Shown here: positions 48,910 to 57,851 of the stretch, in pieces | How the letters are laid out: each line of letters starts with the position of its first letter | Numbering within the stretch: the first letter of the stretch is position 1 | From: Parcubacteria group bacterium | GTDB lineage: Bacteria > Patescibacteriota > Minisyncoccia > UBA10092 | Assembly: GCA_016186325.1 (NCBI GenBank) | Contig: JACPLW010000005.1 | Location: 17,191-81,190, forward strand | Direction of reading: 5' to 3' | DNA: 64,000 nucleotides | Made by a program: the position numbers and the translations under genes | Notes under the pieces: generated by a model | Told to the model about the DNA's origin: nothing | The model's database searches: none | The model's input: the letters and a program-made list of their open reading frames with translations, nothing else

Positions 48910-50314
48910 AATCTTTTAAACTCGTAAGCGAAGCCAAATGTTTTTTGGCCTCGCCGGAAAGTTTTTCCTGCCAATCCCCTGCAAGCTTTTTATATTCCGG
49001 CCGAAGCGCGGTATAAAATCCGGTAGACTCTAAAAGATAAGTTTCCTTTTGGCCGAAACCAATGGGACGCTTCGGATTTTCAAAACTCACCTCCACTGTG
49101 TCTCCGGGAATTAAATGGGTTTCTTTTTTTTCTTCTCCCCTAAGCTCGGTAGAAACGTCTCCCAACCGCGAGTGCAGCGCTTTTTTAATAGAAAGTTCTT
49201 CCCCAAATGCAGCAGTTAGATTAGTGGCCTTAGCAACTCCTATAAAACTAAGCCGGTGCCGTTTTGTAAAATCGGCTCTTACAACCAGCGAACCGTCTCC
49301 TGAAACCGCTTCTTTTGGCAAAGAAACAATCTCGGCGCCGTGCCTGAAACTTCTTGGTTTCTGAACTATAAGCGGAGTAAATTTCCCGGAAGAATTGCGA
49401 TAAGAAATATCAATTGACTTACTCGACATACTACCCGATCCTATGATAAGCGGCAAAAATGCCAAGCCTTCCGCCGGAAGCCAGCCCTTAAGGAGTAAAT
49501 AAAGTCCGCTAAAAACCGCAATTTTCGCAAAAGCGTAAGAACGAACAAGGGCGGAAAAGAAATTATGCTCTCTGGCTTTTTCGCCCGCCATATAGTCGCG
49601 ATATACAGAGCGCAAAACCAACAAAAGATTTTCATTTTTTGCGACACTTCGGAAGCCAAATTCAATTGAATCGCCTTTTTGAAAAAGGTCTTCGCGGCTC
49701 TCGGCAATGCTATTCCAAAGCCGGTCCTTTTTTTGGTTATAAAGATGGTTAATAGATTTTTTAGCGTTAAGGACTGAATTTGAAGGAAAAACGAGCTCTT
49801 TTTCAAATTCTTTCTTGCGCGCAAGATACGGCTCTTTTTTAACGGCATCTATAATTATTTCTTCATCTTTAGAGTGAACGATTCTTAAAAATTTAATCCG
49901 ATGGATAAACGATTCTTCCGGTTCAATTTCTAAAAGGCGCAGAGTTAGCGCTCCGTTGTATTTTTGAGGAGATGAAGAAAGTTTTAACATATCCGGCGCA
50001 GGAGCGCTCCACTTGTAGAAGATGTTAGCTAAGCCCGGTTCAAGCGTCTTGAACTCAGACGGGAGAAAGTCGTTTTCAATTTTGAATTCTTCACCGTCAA
50101 AATAAGCGACGTGGGGACAAGCCGTACGAGTAGTAGGAGCATCGGCATTGGCCTCATCCGCGCCAAACATACTTTTAGATAAAGAATCCTTTTCCGATGA
50201 TTTTTTCCCTTTAACTAAATTGGCAACATTAATAAACACCCAACCGAAAACCAAGAGCAGGACGAGGAGTGACGCTTTTAAAATAAAAGTAAAAGACGAG
50301 AAAAATTTTTTCAT
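48902..50314 (-). CDS. Membrane-associated hypothetical protein
   Basis: N-terminal TM segment; internal hydrophobic pair; no recognisable domain; co-directional with the YcaO/SagB genes. Confidence 0.3.
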   Translation of the reverse strand: MKKFFSSFTFILKASLLVLLLVFGWVFINVANLVKGKKSSEKDSLSKSMFGADEANADAPTTRTACPHVAYFDGEEFKIENDFLPSEFKTLEPGLANIFYKWSAPAPDMLKLSSSPQKYNGALTLRLLEIEPEESFIHRIKFLRIVHSKDEEIIIDAVKKEPYLARKKEFEKELVFPSNSVLNAKKSINHLYNQKKDRLWNSIAESREDLFQKGDSIEFGFRSVAKNENLLLVLRSVYRDYMAGEKAREHNFFSALVRSYAFAKIAVFSGLYLLLKGWLPAEGLAFLPLIIGSGSMSSKSIDISYRNSSGKFTPLIVQKPRSFRHGAEIVSLPKEAVSGDGSLVVRADFTKRHRLSFIGVAKATNLTAAFGEELSIKKALHSRLGDVSTELRGEEKKETHLIPGDTVEVSFENPKRPIGFGQKETYLLESTGFYTALRPEYKKLAGDWQEKLSGEAKKHLASLTSLKDYE

Positions 50315-50384
50315 ATACTTAATAATATAGTATATTGGTTTAGGTTACTTTGTAAATTTATAATTATCCACAGAAGGTCGCAGC

Positions 50385-51098
50385 TTAACCTCTCTTCGGC
50401 CATCCTAAAGAAAGCTGATAAAAAACAGTTTCTTCTTCATCTAAATCAAGCTCTTTTTGGACAACCTCATAATCCACTCCGCCCAGGGCCAAAATGCCCA
50501 AACCCACTGCCGCTCCTATCAGATAAATATTTTGTCCAATATGGCCGGCTTCAAGCATCCCGAATTTATATCCCAAGTTTCCGTATTTTTTCATTGTTCT
50601 GTCGCCGATAAAAGAAAGAAAAATAAGCGCGGCGGCGTTTTTGGCAAATTCATATGGCAGGGCTTCCGCGATTTTAGAAACATCGGAATGCCAAATTTCT
50701 TCAAGCGCGTGCTCTTTAAAATTATAATGATACGCCCCCTTTTCCAAGTCCTCGCCGCGAAAAACAACCGCGTACAGCTCTACCGGATAGCGCGCCCCGC
50801 CCGATGGATATGGCCGATGTAAAATATTCTTCCCGTCTTCCGATTTATGAAGTATACCCATGCTCCAAAAAAGCAGAGTTCCGAGAATTTCTTTAGAAAC
50901 GGGTCTCGCGGAAAATTCGCGCTCTGTCTTTCTTTTTAAAATAGCGTCGGACAGTTCAATGTTAAGCCGGGCGGGTTTTGGTAGCAAAATTTTCAGAGAA
51001 CGCGGGTATTCCTTAAAAGAAACTGTTTTCCACTCGGGCGATTCCGGGTCAATCAAGGGGCGGTTTTTATTAAAAAAATCAAAAAATGAATCGCTCAT
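50385..51098 (-). CDS. SagB-type dehydrogenase (nitroreductase-fold; azoline oxidase-like)
   Basis: Hallmark RPYPSGGARYPVELY motif of SagB/McbC-type dehydrogenases; FMN-binding nitroreductase fold. Confidence 0.7.
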   Translation of the reverse strand: MSDSFFDFFNKNRPLIDPESPEWKTVSFKEYPRSLKILLPKPARLNIELSDAILKRKTEREFSARPVSKEILGTLLFWSMGILHKSEDGKNILHRPYPSGGARYPVELYAVVFRGEDLEKGAYHYNFKEHALEEIWHSDVSKIAEALPYEFAKNAAALIFLSFIGDRTMKKYGNLGYKFGMLEAGHIGQNIYLIGAAVGLGILALGGVDYEVVQKELDLDEEETVFYQLSLGWPKRG

Positions 51099-52489
51099 AA
51101 AAATGGATGAGGTATTGGGTTTACATCTTTTCTTTTTATTCCCGAATACCTAAAACGCTCGTCAAGATAAAGATAATAAAGTTCCGGAATTAAAACTTTT
51201 GTAATCTTAAGGCCGGAGTCCTTGGCGGCTTTAGTGGCGTAATCAACGCCGTAGGCCTTCATCCCGCGCACCATTAAAATTTGTTTAAGTAACTCCATTT
51301 TTTTTTGATTACTTGCGCCGCCAAATTCATTTCTTTCAATTTTTTTTATCGGGCCGTCCAAAAGAAAATCAACCTCTCTCATCCGCGACTTATCGCACCA
51401 ATAAACCCTTCTTTCTTCAATGTTTTCAATTAACGGCACTTTTTTATTGACCGCCTCAATTTGCTCCCGAGAAACCGAATTCCAGTATCCGGCCCGAAGC
51501 CCTTCCAAAAGAGAATGTATTATCGCCGACTCGATATTCAAATCGGCTCCGGCTCCAAGGAAAATAGCGGGCCGGCCGATGGCATTATCGCGAATAACGG
51601 TGAGCACAACTGGAATTCCTAAATCGGCAGTTATATCTAAAAGCGCGAAATCAATTTTATATCTGCGATATTCGCCGATAATTTTAGCGATAGTTTTATT
51701 GCCTAAATTTTCAAGACCGCCTATATCAATTTTTGGCGGAGTTATCTTATTCAGCCAGTGAATCATCAGGGCATCGCGCTCTATTGCTTCTAGAATTGCG
51801 TGTTCCAAGGCCTGCTCCCGCGATACTCCGGCCGCAGCCCCGTTGGTAGTCGTCTGTCGAATAAGCGGCTCCTCCGGCAATCTTTCGTATCCCAAATAAA
51901 CGAGCTGGGCGGGAACAAAATGTTTTTTATTATCAAATAAAGAATAACACGGCGCCCAGCCAAATCGTGAATTTTCATCAACTTGAAAACCGCGGAAAGC
52001 GCGCGGGTCAATCGCACCATTTGATTTTAATTCTTTCCACGAGCCATAAATGAAATTTCTTTTATCATAAAGAGTTAAAGAATGCCACTCAATTAATTCG
52101 GCAAACGCTTTGATTGCCGCCATATCGTAATTCAGAGCGTATCCGGAAGCGGTTTTACCTTTGCCGAATTTTAAATTCAAAGCCGGAACGCTGGGCCAAT
52201 CGGGTATCGGCTTGGGAAACGAGATTTGTTCCAATATACCCTCTTCATACAAGTATTTAATTAGCGAATGAAATCGCGGGGGAACACGGTCAAGACCGGA
52301 ATCGGTTTTCTTCACATAAATATTTTGGCCGTTTAATTTCTCTAAAGCAAGAGCCGTGCCTTTAAAAATGTGAACCAAAAACTCGGTTAAAAAACTATTT
52401 ACAGAAAAAGGCGGTCCAAGAGAACGCGCGTAATTTTCCCAAAAGTCGCCTAATCTTTCGGCGCGCAAAAATTCACCCTTGTTCTCCAT
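51095..52489 (-). CDS. YcaO-domain protein (cyclodehydratase family) with ~130-aa N-terminal extension
   Basis: YcaO signature TNGAAAGVSREQALEHAILEAIERDA. Start placed at the internal Met (MENKGEFL): the ORF-track start at 52546 would overlap the divergent epimerase start. Confidence 0.7.
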   Translation of the reverse strand: MENKGEFLRAERLGDFWENYARSLGPPFSVNSFLTEFLVHIFKGTALALEKLNGQNIYVKKTDSGLDRVPPRFHSLIKYLYEEGILEQISFPKPIPDWPSVPALNLKFGKGKTASGYALNYDMAAIKAFAELIEWHSLTLYDKRNFIYGSWKELKSNGAIDPRAFRGFQVDENSRFGWAPCYSLFDNKKHFVPAQLVYLGYERLPEEPLIRQTTTNGAAAGVSREQALEHAILEAIERDALMIHWLNKITPPKIDIGGLENLGNKTIAKIIGEYRRYKIDFALLDITADLGIPVVLTVIRDNAIGRPAIFLGAGADLNIESAIIHSLLEGLRAGYWNSVSREQIEAVNKKVPLIENIEERRVYWCDKSRMREVDFLLDGPIKKIERNEFGGASNQKKMELLKQILMVRGMKAYGVDYATKAAKDSGLKITKVLIPELYYLYLDERFRYSGIKRKDVNPIPHPFL

Positions 52490-52540
52490 GTGTTTTAATT
52501 CTATTATCTTAATGTATTTATAACACCAAAAATAGACAAA

Positions 52541-53443
52541 ATGCAAAACATTTTAATAATCGGCGGTTCGTATTTTGTCGGGCCAATTATTATGGATAAA
52601 CTGTTAAAACAAGGGTTTGAACTTACTGTTTTTAATCGTGGCCGGGTAAAAACCGAGTATCCGGCCGGCGTTAACTTCATCCGCGGCGACAGAAACAACG
52701 GTTTCAATATAACCGAACACTTTGACGCAGTTATAGACATGTGTTCTTATACCGGAAAGCAAACACGGCAAGCAATTAAAGAATTAAAATTTGATCTCTT
52801 CATTCATATGGGAACCGCCGCCGCTTATAAAAAAACTGTCCCCTTGCGGGGGATCTCCCGAATGGAGAAAACTCTTCTGCTTACCGAAGATTCACCTCTT
52901 GGCGATTGGCCGCTTTGGGGCGATTATAATAAAGGCAAAGTGGAATGCGAAAAAGTTCTTAAAGAAAGCGGAATAAAATACGCCGCGATGCGTCCGGTTT
53001 ACATTCTCGGGCCACATAATTATCTTCCGAGAGAAAGCTTTATTTATTCAAAAATAGGAAAAAGCGAACCGATAATCATCCCCGGAAACGGCCACGCTTT
53101 AATACAACTTGTTTGGGCAAACGACGTCGCAGAATCAATAATAATGCTTGTCGAAAAAAAACTTGCGGGCGCCTTTAATTGCGCCGGAGATGAAACAATA
53201 ACGCTCGTTGATTTGGTTAAGATGATGGGGAAAATCGCCGGTCAAGAACCGGTTTTACGATTTAATCCGCTTACCGATGGAGAAAATTTTAACGATGCAG
53301 AATTTCCTTTTGCCAACGAGAATTTTATCGTGTCAAATGAAAAATTAAAAAGCGTCGATATGGTTTTTGCTCCCTTAGAAAATTTTTTGCGGGAAGATTA
53401 TGAAAACTACTACAAAACCGCTTTAATTGACATATTTGCTTAA
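52541..53443 (+). CDS. NAD-dependent epimerase/dehydratase (extended SDR)
   Basis: Rossmann GGSYFVG N-terminus; carries a short GC-rich palindrome (tccccttgcggggga). Confidence 0.8.
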   Translation: MQNILIIGGSYFVGPIIMDKLLKQGFELTVFNRGRVKTEYPAGVNFIRGDRNNGFNITEHFDAVIDMCSYTGKQTRQAIKELKFDLFIHMGTAAAYKKTVPLRGISRMEKTLLLTEDSPLGDWPLWGDYNKGKVECEKVLKESGIKYAAMRPVYILGPHNYLPRESFIYSKIGKSEPIIIPGNGHALIQLVWANDVAESIIMLVEKKLAGAFNCAGDETITLVDLVKMMGKIAGQEPVLRFNPLTDGENFNDAEFPFANENFIVSNEKLKSVDMVFAPLENFLREDYENYYKTALIDIFA

Positions 53444-53496
53444 AAATGGTATTATGAACAAAAGAGGCAAAATCCCGAAGCGAAGGGAGAAAGCTA

Positions 53497-53934
53497 GTGA
53501 ACAGGCAGATTGTTCTTTCATTTGGGTGGTTTATAATATTAGCGGTTACTATCGGCGCCTGCGCTTCCGCGGGCTATTATAAGAACGATAGATTCGATAA
53601 CGACCCTATCTCCTACCTTGTCGGAGAATGGGAAGGCACTATCAATGCCGGAGAAAGTTCTCTCTCGACATTCAGAAAACTTACAATTTACCCGCAATCG
53701 GCAAATTCAACCCTAAGCGCGCATTACGGAATTCCGGGAACGCGCTGGCAGGGTCCGGCCCAGGTTTACGTTGAAACTTTCGACGGAAAAATAGGAATTA
53801 GATTCCGAACGGGATCAGGTTCGAGAATCGACCTATGGCTTGCGCGCATTGGCAATGACTTGATCCTCGACGGTACGTTCAATACACCATCGGGCGTGCC
53901 GTATCAATTTATGCTTACGAAAAAACGCGAGTAA
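53497..53934 (+). CDS. Putative lipoprotein (GTG start)
   Basis: Signal peptide with a lipobox-like TIGAC; RBS aagggag upstream of the GTG. Confidence 0.35.
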   Translation: MNRQIVLSFGWFIILAVTIGACASAGYYKNDRFDNDPISYLVGEWEGTINAGESSLSTFRKLTIYPQSANSTLSAHYGIPGTRWQGPAQVYVETFDGKIGIRFRTGSGSRIDLWLARIGNDLILDGTFNTPSGVPYQFMLTKKRE

Positions 53935-53946
53935 AACCATTAAAAA

Positions 53947-53990
53947 ATCGCCTATGCCTATTTACGGGTATAGGCGATCAACTTTTTAAT
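53947..53990 (+). terminator. Rho-independent terminator after the lipoprotein gene
   Basis: atcgcctat ... ataggcgat stem followed by a T-run. Confidence 0.45.
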
Positions 53991-54014
53991 AAAGCAATAT
54001 ATCCAAAAAAGATT

Positions 54015-55016
54015 ATGGAAACAACAAAAATCAGCGTGGTAATAGCAACATACAACCGCGATCATCTCGTAACCAGAGCGCTTGCGGCTTTGGCCAGGCA
54101 AAATTTACCGAAAGGTTTTTTTGAAATTATCGTTGTGAACGACGGTTCTACCGATGGAACTGAAGAAGAAGTTAAAAACTTCATTAAAAAAAACACATCA
54201 TCCTACATTACTTTAATAACCCTTGAAAAAAACCTCGGCTCTTCGTTTGCCAGAAACACGGGAATACTCTCCTCAAAAGGAGAATTCATTGCCATAACCG
54301 ATGACGACTGCATTGTCCCGTCCGACTGGCTTTCTCAATTCTTGAAAGCGTTTGAGACAAACCCGGAAATCATTGCCGTCGGCGGATTTAAAAAACCGCA
54401 TCGCGATAATGGATTAAAACCGAGCCGCTACGACATTTTTATGTTCTGGCGCCGGCTTCCATTTATGAAAACAGAATGCAAATCTGTTGAAATGAACCCA
54501 TTTAACAACTGCGGAGATACGGCAAATGTGTGCTACCGGAAACAAGCGCTTGAGGCCGTCGGCGGCTTTAATAACGACATAAGAACATTTAACGACTGGG
54601 AACTAAAAATCCGGCTCCATCAGCTTGGTTCACCTCTTCTCTATCGTCCAATATTTATTCCGCATGAAGCTGATTTAAAATTCGGTAAATTTCTTAAATA
54701 TTGGCTTCGGCTGGGATATGATTGTTTTCTTATTTCAAAAATCCATCCGGAGCACCCCGTTTTCAATACTTCGCTGCGAACTACTTTGAGACGAATAATA
54801 GCCGGCGTATCACGTATTATAAAAGCTCCGAGTGATGAAATTTTTTCCCCCTACGGGGGATCCCCCGCCCGCTTCGCCGGAGCTTCAGCGAGGCGAGAAG
54901 GGGGACAAAAAAAAATTTCACAAACCCTATTTTTTATTTTTCTTGAAATAATTCTGAACACATGCCTGTGGCTTGGAAAATATATAACGCCAAAAATTAA
55001 AAAAGCTCTTTTATAA
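54015..55016 (+). CDS. Family 2 glycosyltransferase with GC-rich element near the 3' end
   Basis: ISVVIATYNRDH...EIIVVNDGSTDGT GT-A motifs and a DDD-like motif (ITDDDC). Confidence 0.75.
   Translation: METTKISVVIATYNRDHLVTRALAALARQNLPKGFFEIIVVNDGSTDGTEEEVKNFIKKNTSSYITLITLEKNLGSSFARNTGILSSKGEFIAITDDDCIVPSDWLSQFLKAFETNPEIIAVGGFKKPHRDNGLKPSRYDIFMFWRRLPFMKTECKSVEMNPFNNCGDTANVCYRKQALEAVGGFNNDIRTFNDWELKIRLHQLGSPLLYRPIFIPHEADLKFGKFLKYWLRLGYDCFLISKIHPEHPVFNTSLRTTLRRIIAGVSRIIKAPSDEIFSPYGGSPARFAGASARREGGQKKISQTLFFIFLEIILNTCLWLGKYITPKIKKALL
54846..54906. repeat. GC-rich hairpin element in-frame near the 3' end of the GT2 gene
   Basis: tccccctacggggga followed by cccccgcccgcttcgccggagcttcagcgaggcgagaaggggg. 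Confidence 0.5.
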
Positions 55017-56370
55017 CTATAGTAATGCGTTTTAAAAACGGTAATGATTTTATTTTTAAAAACGCCTGTTGACTGTAATAATCCATTATTTTTCTATCCG
55101 ACCGGCCCGTAACACCAAGAGCATTTGAATATCCCCTAAACGCCTGGTATTCCGCTTCAAACACGTGATATAAAATCGGCTTTTCCGGGAGGCGCTTTAG
55201 AAAAACGAGTTTTTTAATGGCCGCGGCGGCGCGCTCGCCGCATTTTCCATCGCTATAAGCAAAAATTTCTTCCCGCAATTTTTTTCTTGCTTCCTGAAAC
55301 TGCCGACCATCAGCTAATGCCTGTTCCAACGCGTTTTTAAATTCTACCGCTTTTTTAAGAGCAACAACCGAACCGTCTTCTTTTATCCTTTGTTCAATGC
55401 TCCCCGAATAAGTCAGAGCGCCTTCGGGCAGGCGGAATTTAAATGATTTTAATTTTTTGTGGCTTTCATTTAAATATTTTTCCGACAAAAAATCCGTAAC
55501 CACAACCGGTTTATCGGTTAAAACGGCGTCAAAAATTGCGCTGGAGTTATCGCTTACCACTACATCAGCAACTTTAAAAAATGGCTGGGTATCGCTTTCA
55601 TCCTGGAAAAGCAGAATACCGTCATGTTGCAACTTCTTTATACGATCAGGTTCTTCGAGCGGGGTATAATAATGGGGCTTTACCAAAATATTATAATACG
55701 ACGCGTTTTTCACGAGCTCCACGGCAAGTTCGTCTATGGAGGAAAGATCGCCGTGAGTCGGAAGATAAAGAACGGTTTTTTTTGAAGGGTCCAATTTTTT
55801 TTTAATTTCTGAAACCGCGTTTTTGTCCACGGCATCATTAAACCAATCGTCAAATTTCGGATAACCGACAATCTCCGCCCAAGTTAAGAATTTAATAATT
55901 TCATATACGCGCGGTCCCAGGCAAAGATACAGGTCCCAGTCCCTGTGACGAGACCAGAACATAGTGAGCTCTTTCCCCGCACCGTAATTCATATGAACTT
56001 TGCGCGCCTTATCGGTCTGGGGGATAACCAGACAGCCGCTTCTCCATAACCCCACCAAAGCTTTATAATTTGAAAAAAAATCCGTAAGATATCTTTGTTG
56101 CTGATAGTCCTCATAATTAAGAATCCTGAAATAAACTCCTTGTTGTGTCAAAAGCCGAACACAATTTTCAATAATTTCCGGCGACGGACGGAGTGGAAAA
56201 AACCGGCCGCAGTCAACGATAAACTCCGCTTCGTCTTTAAGGTGCTCGTATACATTCTTAAACACGTTAAACTGAAAAGGATAAAAAACAACAAACCCGA
56301 TTTTGGCGTTCGGATTAGGGCTGTCTTGGTACTTTTTATTCTCATTAAAACTAATTTCCATAGAGATCAT
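54997..56370 (-). CDS. CDP-glycerol glycerophosphotransferase-like (TagB/TagF family) protein
   Basis: Weak family resemblance (YLPTHGD... SDNSSAIFDAV... PVVVTD) and context with a cytidylyltransferase. Confidence 0.4.
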   Translation of the reverse strand: MISMEISFNENKKYQDSPNPNAKIGFVVFYPFQFNVFKNVYEHLKDEAEFIVDCGRFFPLRPSPEIIENCVRLLTQQGVYFRILNYEDYQQQRYLTDFFSNYKALVGLWRSGCLVIPQTDKARKVHMNYGAGKELTMFWSRHRDWDLYLCLGPRVYEIIKFLTWAEIVGYPKFDDWFNDAVDKNAVSEIKKKLDPSKKTVLYLPTHGDLSSIDELAVELVKNASYYNILVKPHYYTPLEEPDRIKKLQHDGILLFQDESDTQPFFKVADVVVSDNSSAIFDAVLTDKPVVVTDFLSEKYLNESHKKLKSFKFRLPEGALTYSGSIEQRIKEDGSVVALKKAVEFKNALEQALADGRQFQEARKKLREEIFAYSDGKCGERAAAAIKKLVFLKRLPEKPILYHVFEAEYQAFRGYSNALGVTGRSDRKIMDYYSQQAFLKIKSLPFLKRITIVIKELF

Positions 56371-57146
56371 TTTTTTAAAAAATGTTTAATCATTGCGATA
56401 TCGTATGGAAAAGTTATTTTATGAATTGGATGTTCGGACTCAATAAGTCGAATTCGGATTTTCCGATTAAAATGCTTCAACAACTCAATATTATCCGCCA
56501 AGTCAAATATTTTTTTATCAACAGATTTTTTGTGAGCCTCATAAAGGTCTTTGAACCGAAAACACTGAGGGGTAAAGCCGCAATAGGCGGCTTCTTTGGG
56601 CACGGCTCGATGTATGTGCTTGCCATCGGCTTCAAGAATAAGGTCGGGCGCTTTTCCGGCGACAACCGCTCCGCCGCAACGAACGGCTTCGCGAATAACG
56701 CTGCTAATTACGTTTCCTGAAATTGTCGGACGAGCGGCGTCGTGAAAAATAACATAATCCGGCGGGTATCCTTTTTCCCTAAAATCAAAAAGTGCTCGTG
56801 AAGACGACAATTTTCGCGTTTTTTCACACGGGATCACCCTGACTTTTTCACTATTTAATTTTTCTTGAATAAGGCGTTTAACATATCTTACTTTTTGTTC
56901 AGGAACAACAACAATGATTTCGTTGATAAATTTATCGGCAATAAATTTTTCCAAAGAATAAAAAAGTACCGGTTTACCGCCAATTTTTAAAAATTGCTTA
57001 AACCGTCCCCCCATGCGCTCTCCCCCGCCTCCTGCCAGAAGCACGGCCGCAACAGTTGGTTTTTTTTTACCTTTTATCATGAAAAATAAAGACCTCCGTT
57101 TACGTGAATGCATTGGCCGGTAATATATGAAGCATCGTTGGAACAA
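56367..57146 (-). CDS. IspD/TarI-family sugar-alcohol-phosphate cytidylyltransferase
   Basis: AAVLLAGGGGERMGG nucleotidyltransferase P-loop; about 260 aa. Confidence 0.65.
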   Translation of the reverse strand: MFQRCFIYYRPMHSRKRRSLFFMIKGKKKPTVAAVLLAGGGGERMGGRFKQFLKIGGKPVLFYSLEKFIADKFINEIIVVVPEQKVRYVKRLIQEKLNSEKVRVIPCEKTRKLSSSRALFDFREKGYPPDYVIFHDAARPTISGNVISSVIREAVRCGGAVVAGKAPDLILEADGKHIHRAVPKEAAYCGFTPQCFRFKDLYEAHKKSVDKKIFDLADNIELLKHFNRKIRIRLIESEHPIHKITFPYDIAMIKHFLKK

Positions 57147-57847
57147 AGAAAAGATACAACACTTGAAACTTCCTCAGGTTTTCCGAACCTTTTGAGTGGA
57201 ATTTTTTCTAATTTATTAGAGGATGCCCCGTCTCCAAATCGCCGAAGCATATTGGTATTAATATAGCCGGGAACAATGGTGTTAACAAGAACTTTTGGCG
57301 CCAGCTCGAGCGTAAGAGCCCTGGCAAGACCCATGATCGCACTTTTTGAGACTACATATGCAGTGCGACTTTTTGACCCGATAAAAACATTTGACGATGA
57401 AACAAAAATAATTCGGGGAGACGCCGAGCCGTGAAGCAATGGTAAAAAGTTCCTGGTAAGAACGGTTGCACCAAAAAGGTTTGTTTCAAGAACGCTTCTA
57501 AAATCTCTATCCTTAAAACTCGCAAAATTTTGCGTAAGATTAATGCCGGCGCTATTTATCAAGACATCAAGTTTTCCCCGCGTTTTTTTTACAAGCTTAA
57601 CCATTCGGATAATATCTTTTTCTTTTGTAATATCACCCTGGAGAAGCAAACACGGCGTATTTTTTGCTTTTAATTCGCCCGCAAGTGACAATGCCGGCCT
57701 TTTTGTTTTTTTATCTTTAAAATTTATGGCAACAAAAAATCCGTCATCGGCCAATCGCAACGCGATAGCTCTCCCTATCCCGCTTGAGGCACCGGTTATC
57801 AGTGCGGTTTTTGTATATAACGAACTTTTTTTTTCGGTGTTACTCAT
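57077..57847 (-). CDS. Short-chain dehydrogenase/reductase (SDR)
   Basis: TGASSGIG cofactor motif; YxxxK catalytic region. Confidence 0.75.
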   Translation of the reverse strand: MSNTEKKSSLYTKTALITGASSGIGRAIALRLADDGFFVAINFKDKKTKRPALSLAGELKAKNTPCLLLQGDITKEKDIIRMVKLVKKTRGKLDVLINSAGINLTQNFASFKDRDFRSVLETNLFGATVLTRNFLPLLHGSASPRIIFVSSSNVFIGSKSRTAYVVSKSAIMGLARALTLELAPKVLVNTIVPGYINTNMLRRFGDGASSNKLEKIPLKRFGKPEEVSSVVSFLCSNDASYITGQCIHVNGGLYFS

Positions 57848-57851
57848 AATT

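Noticed and set aside
57000-57060. GC-rich stretch (cccccatgcgctctcccccgcctcctgcc) in the cytidylyltransferase gene
   Set aside because: It encodes the intrinsic Gly-rich nucleotide-binding loop (LLAGGGGERMGG) of IspD/TarI enzymes rather than an insertion.
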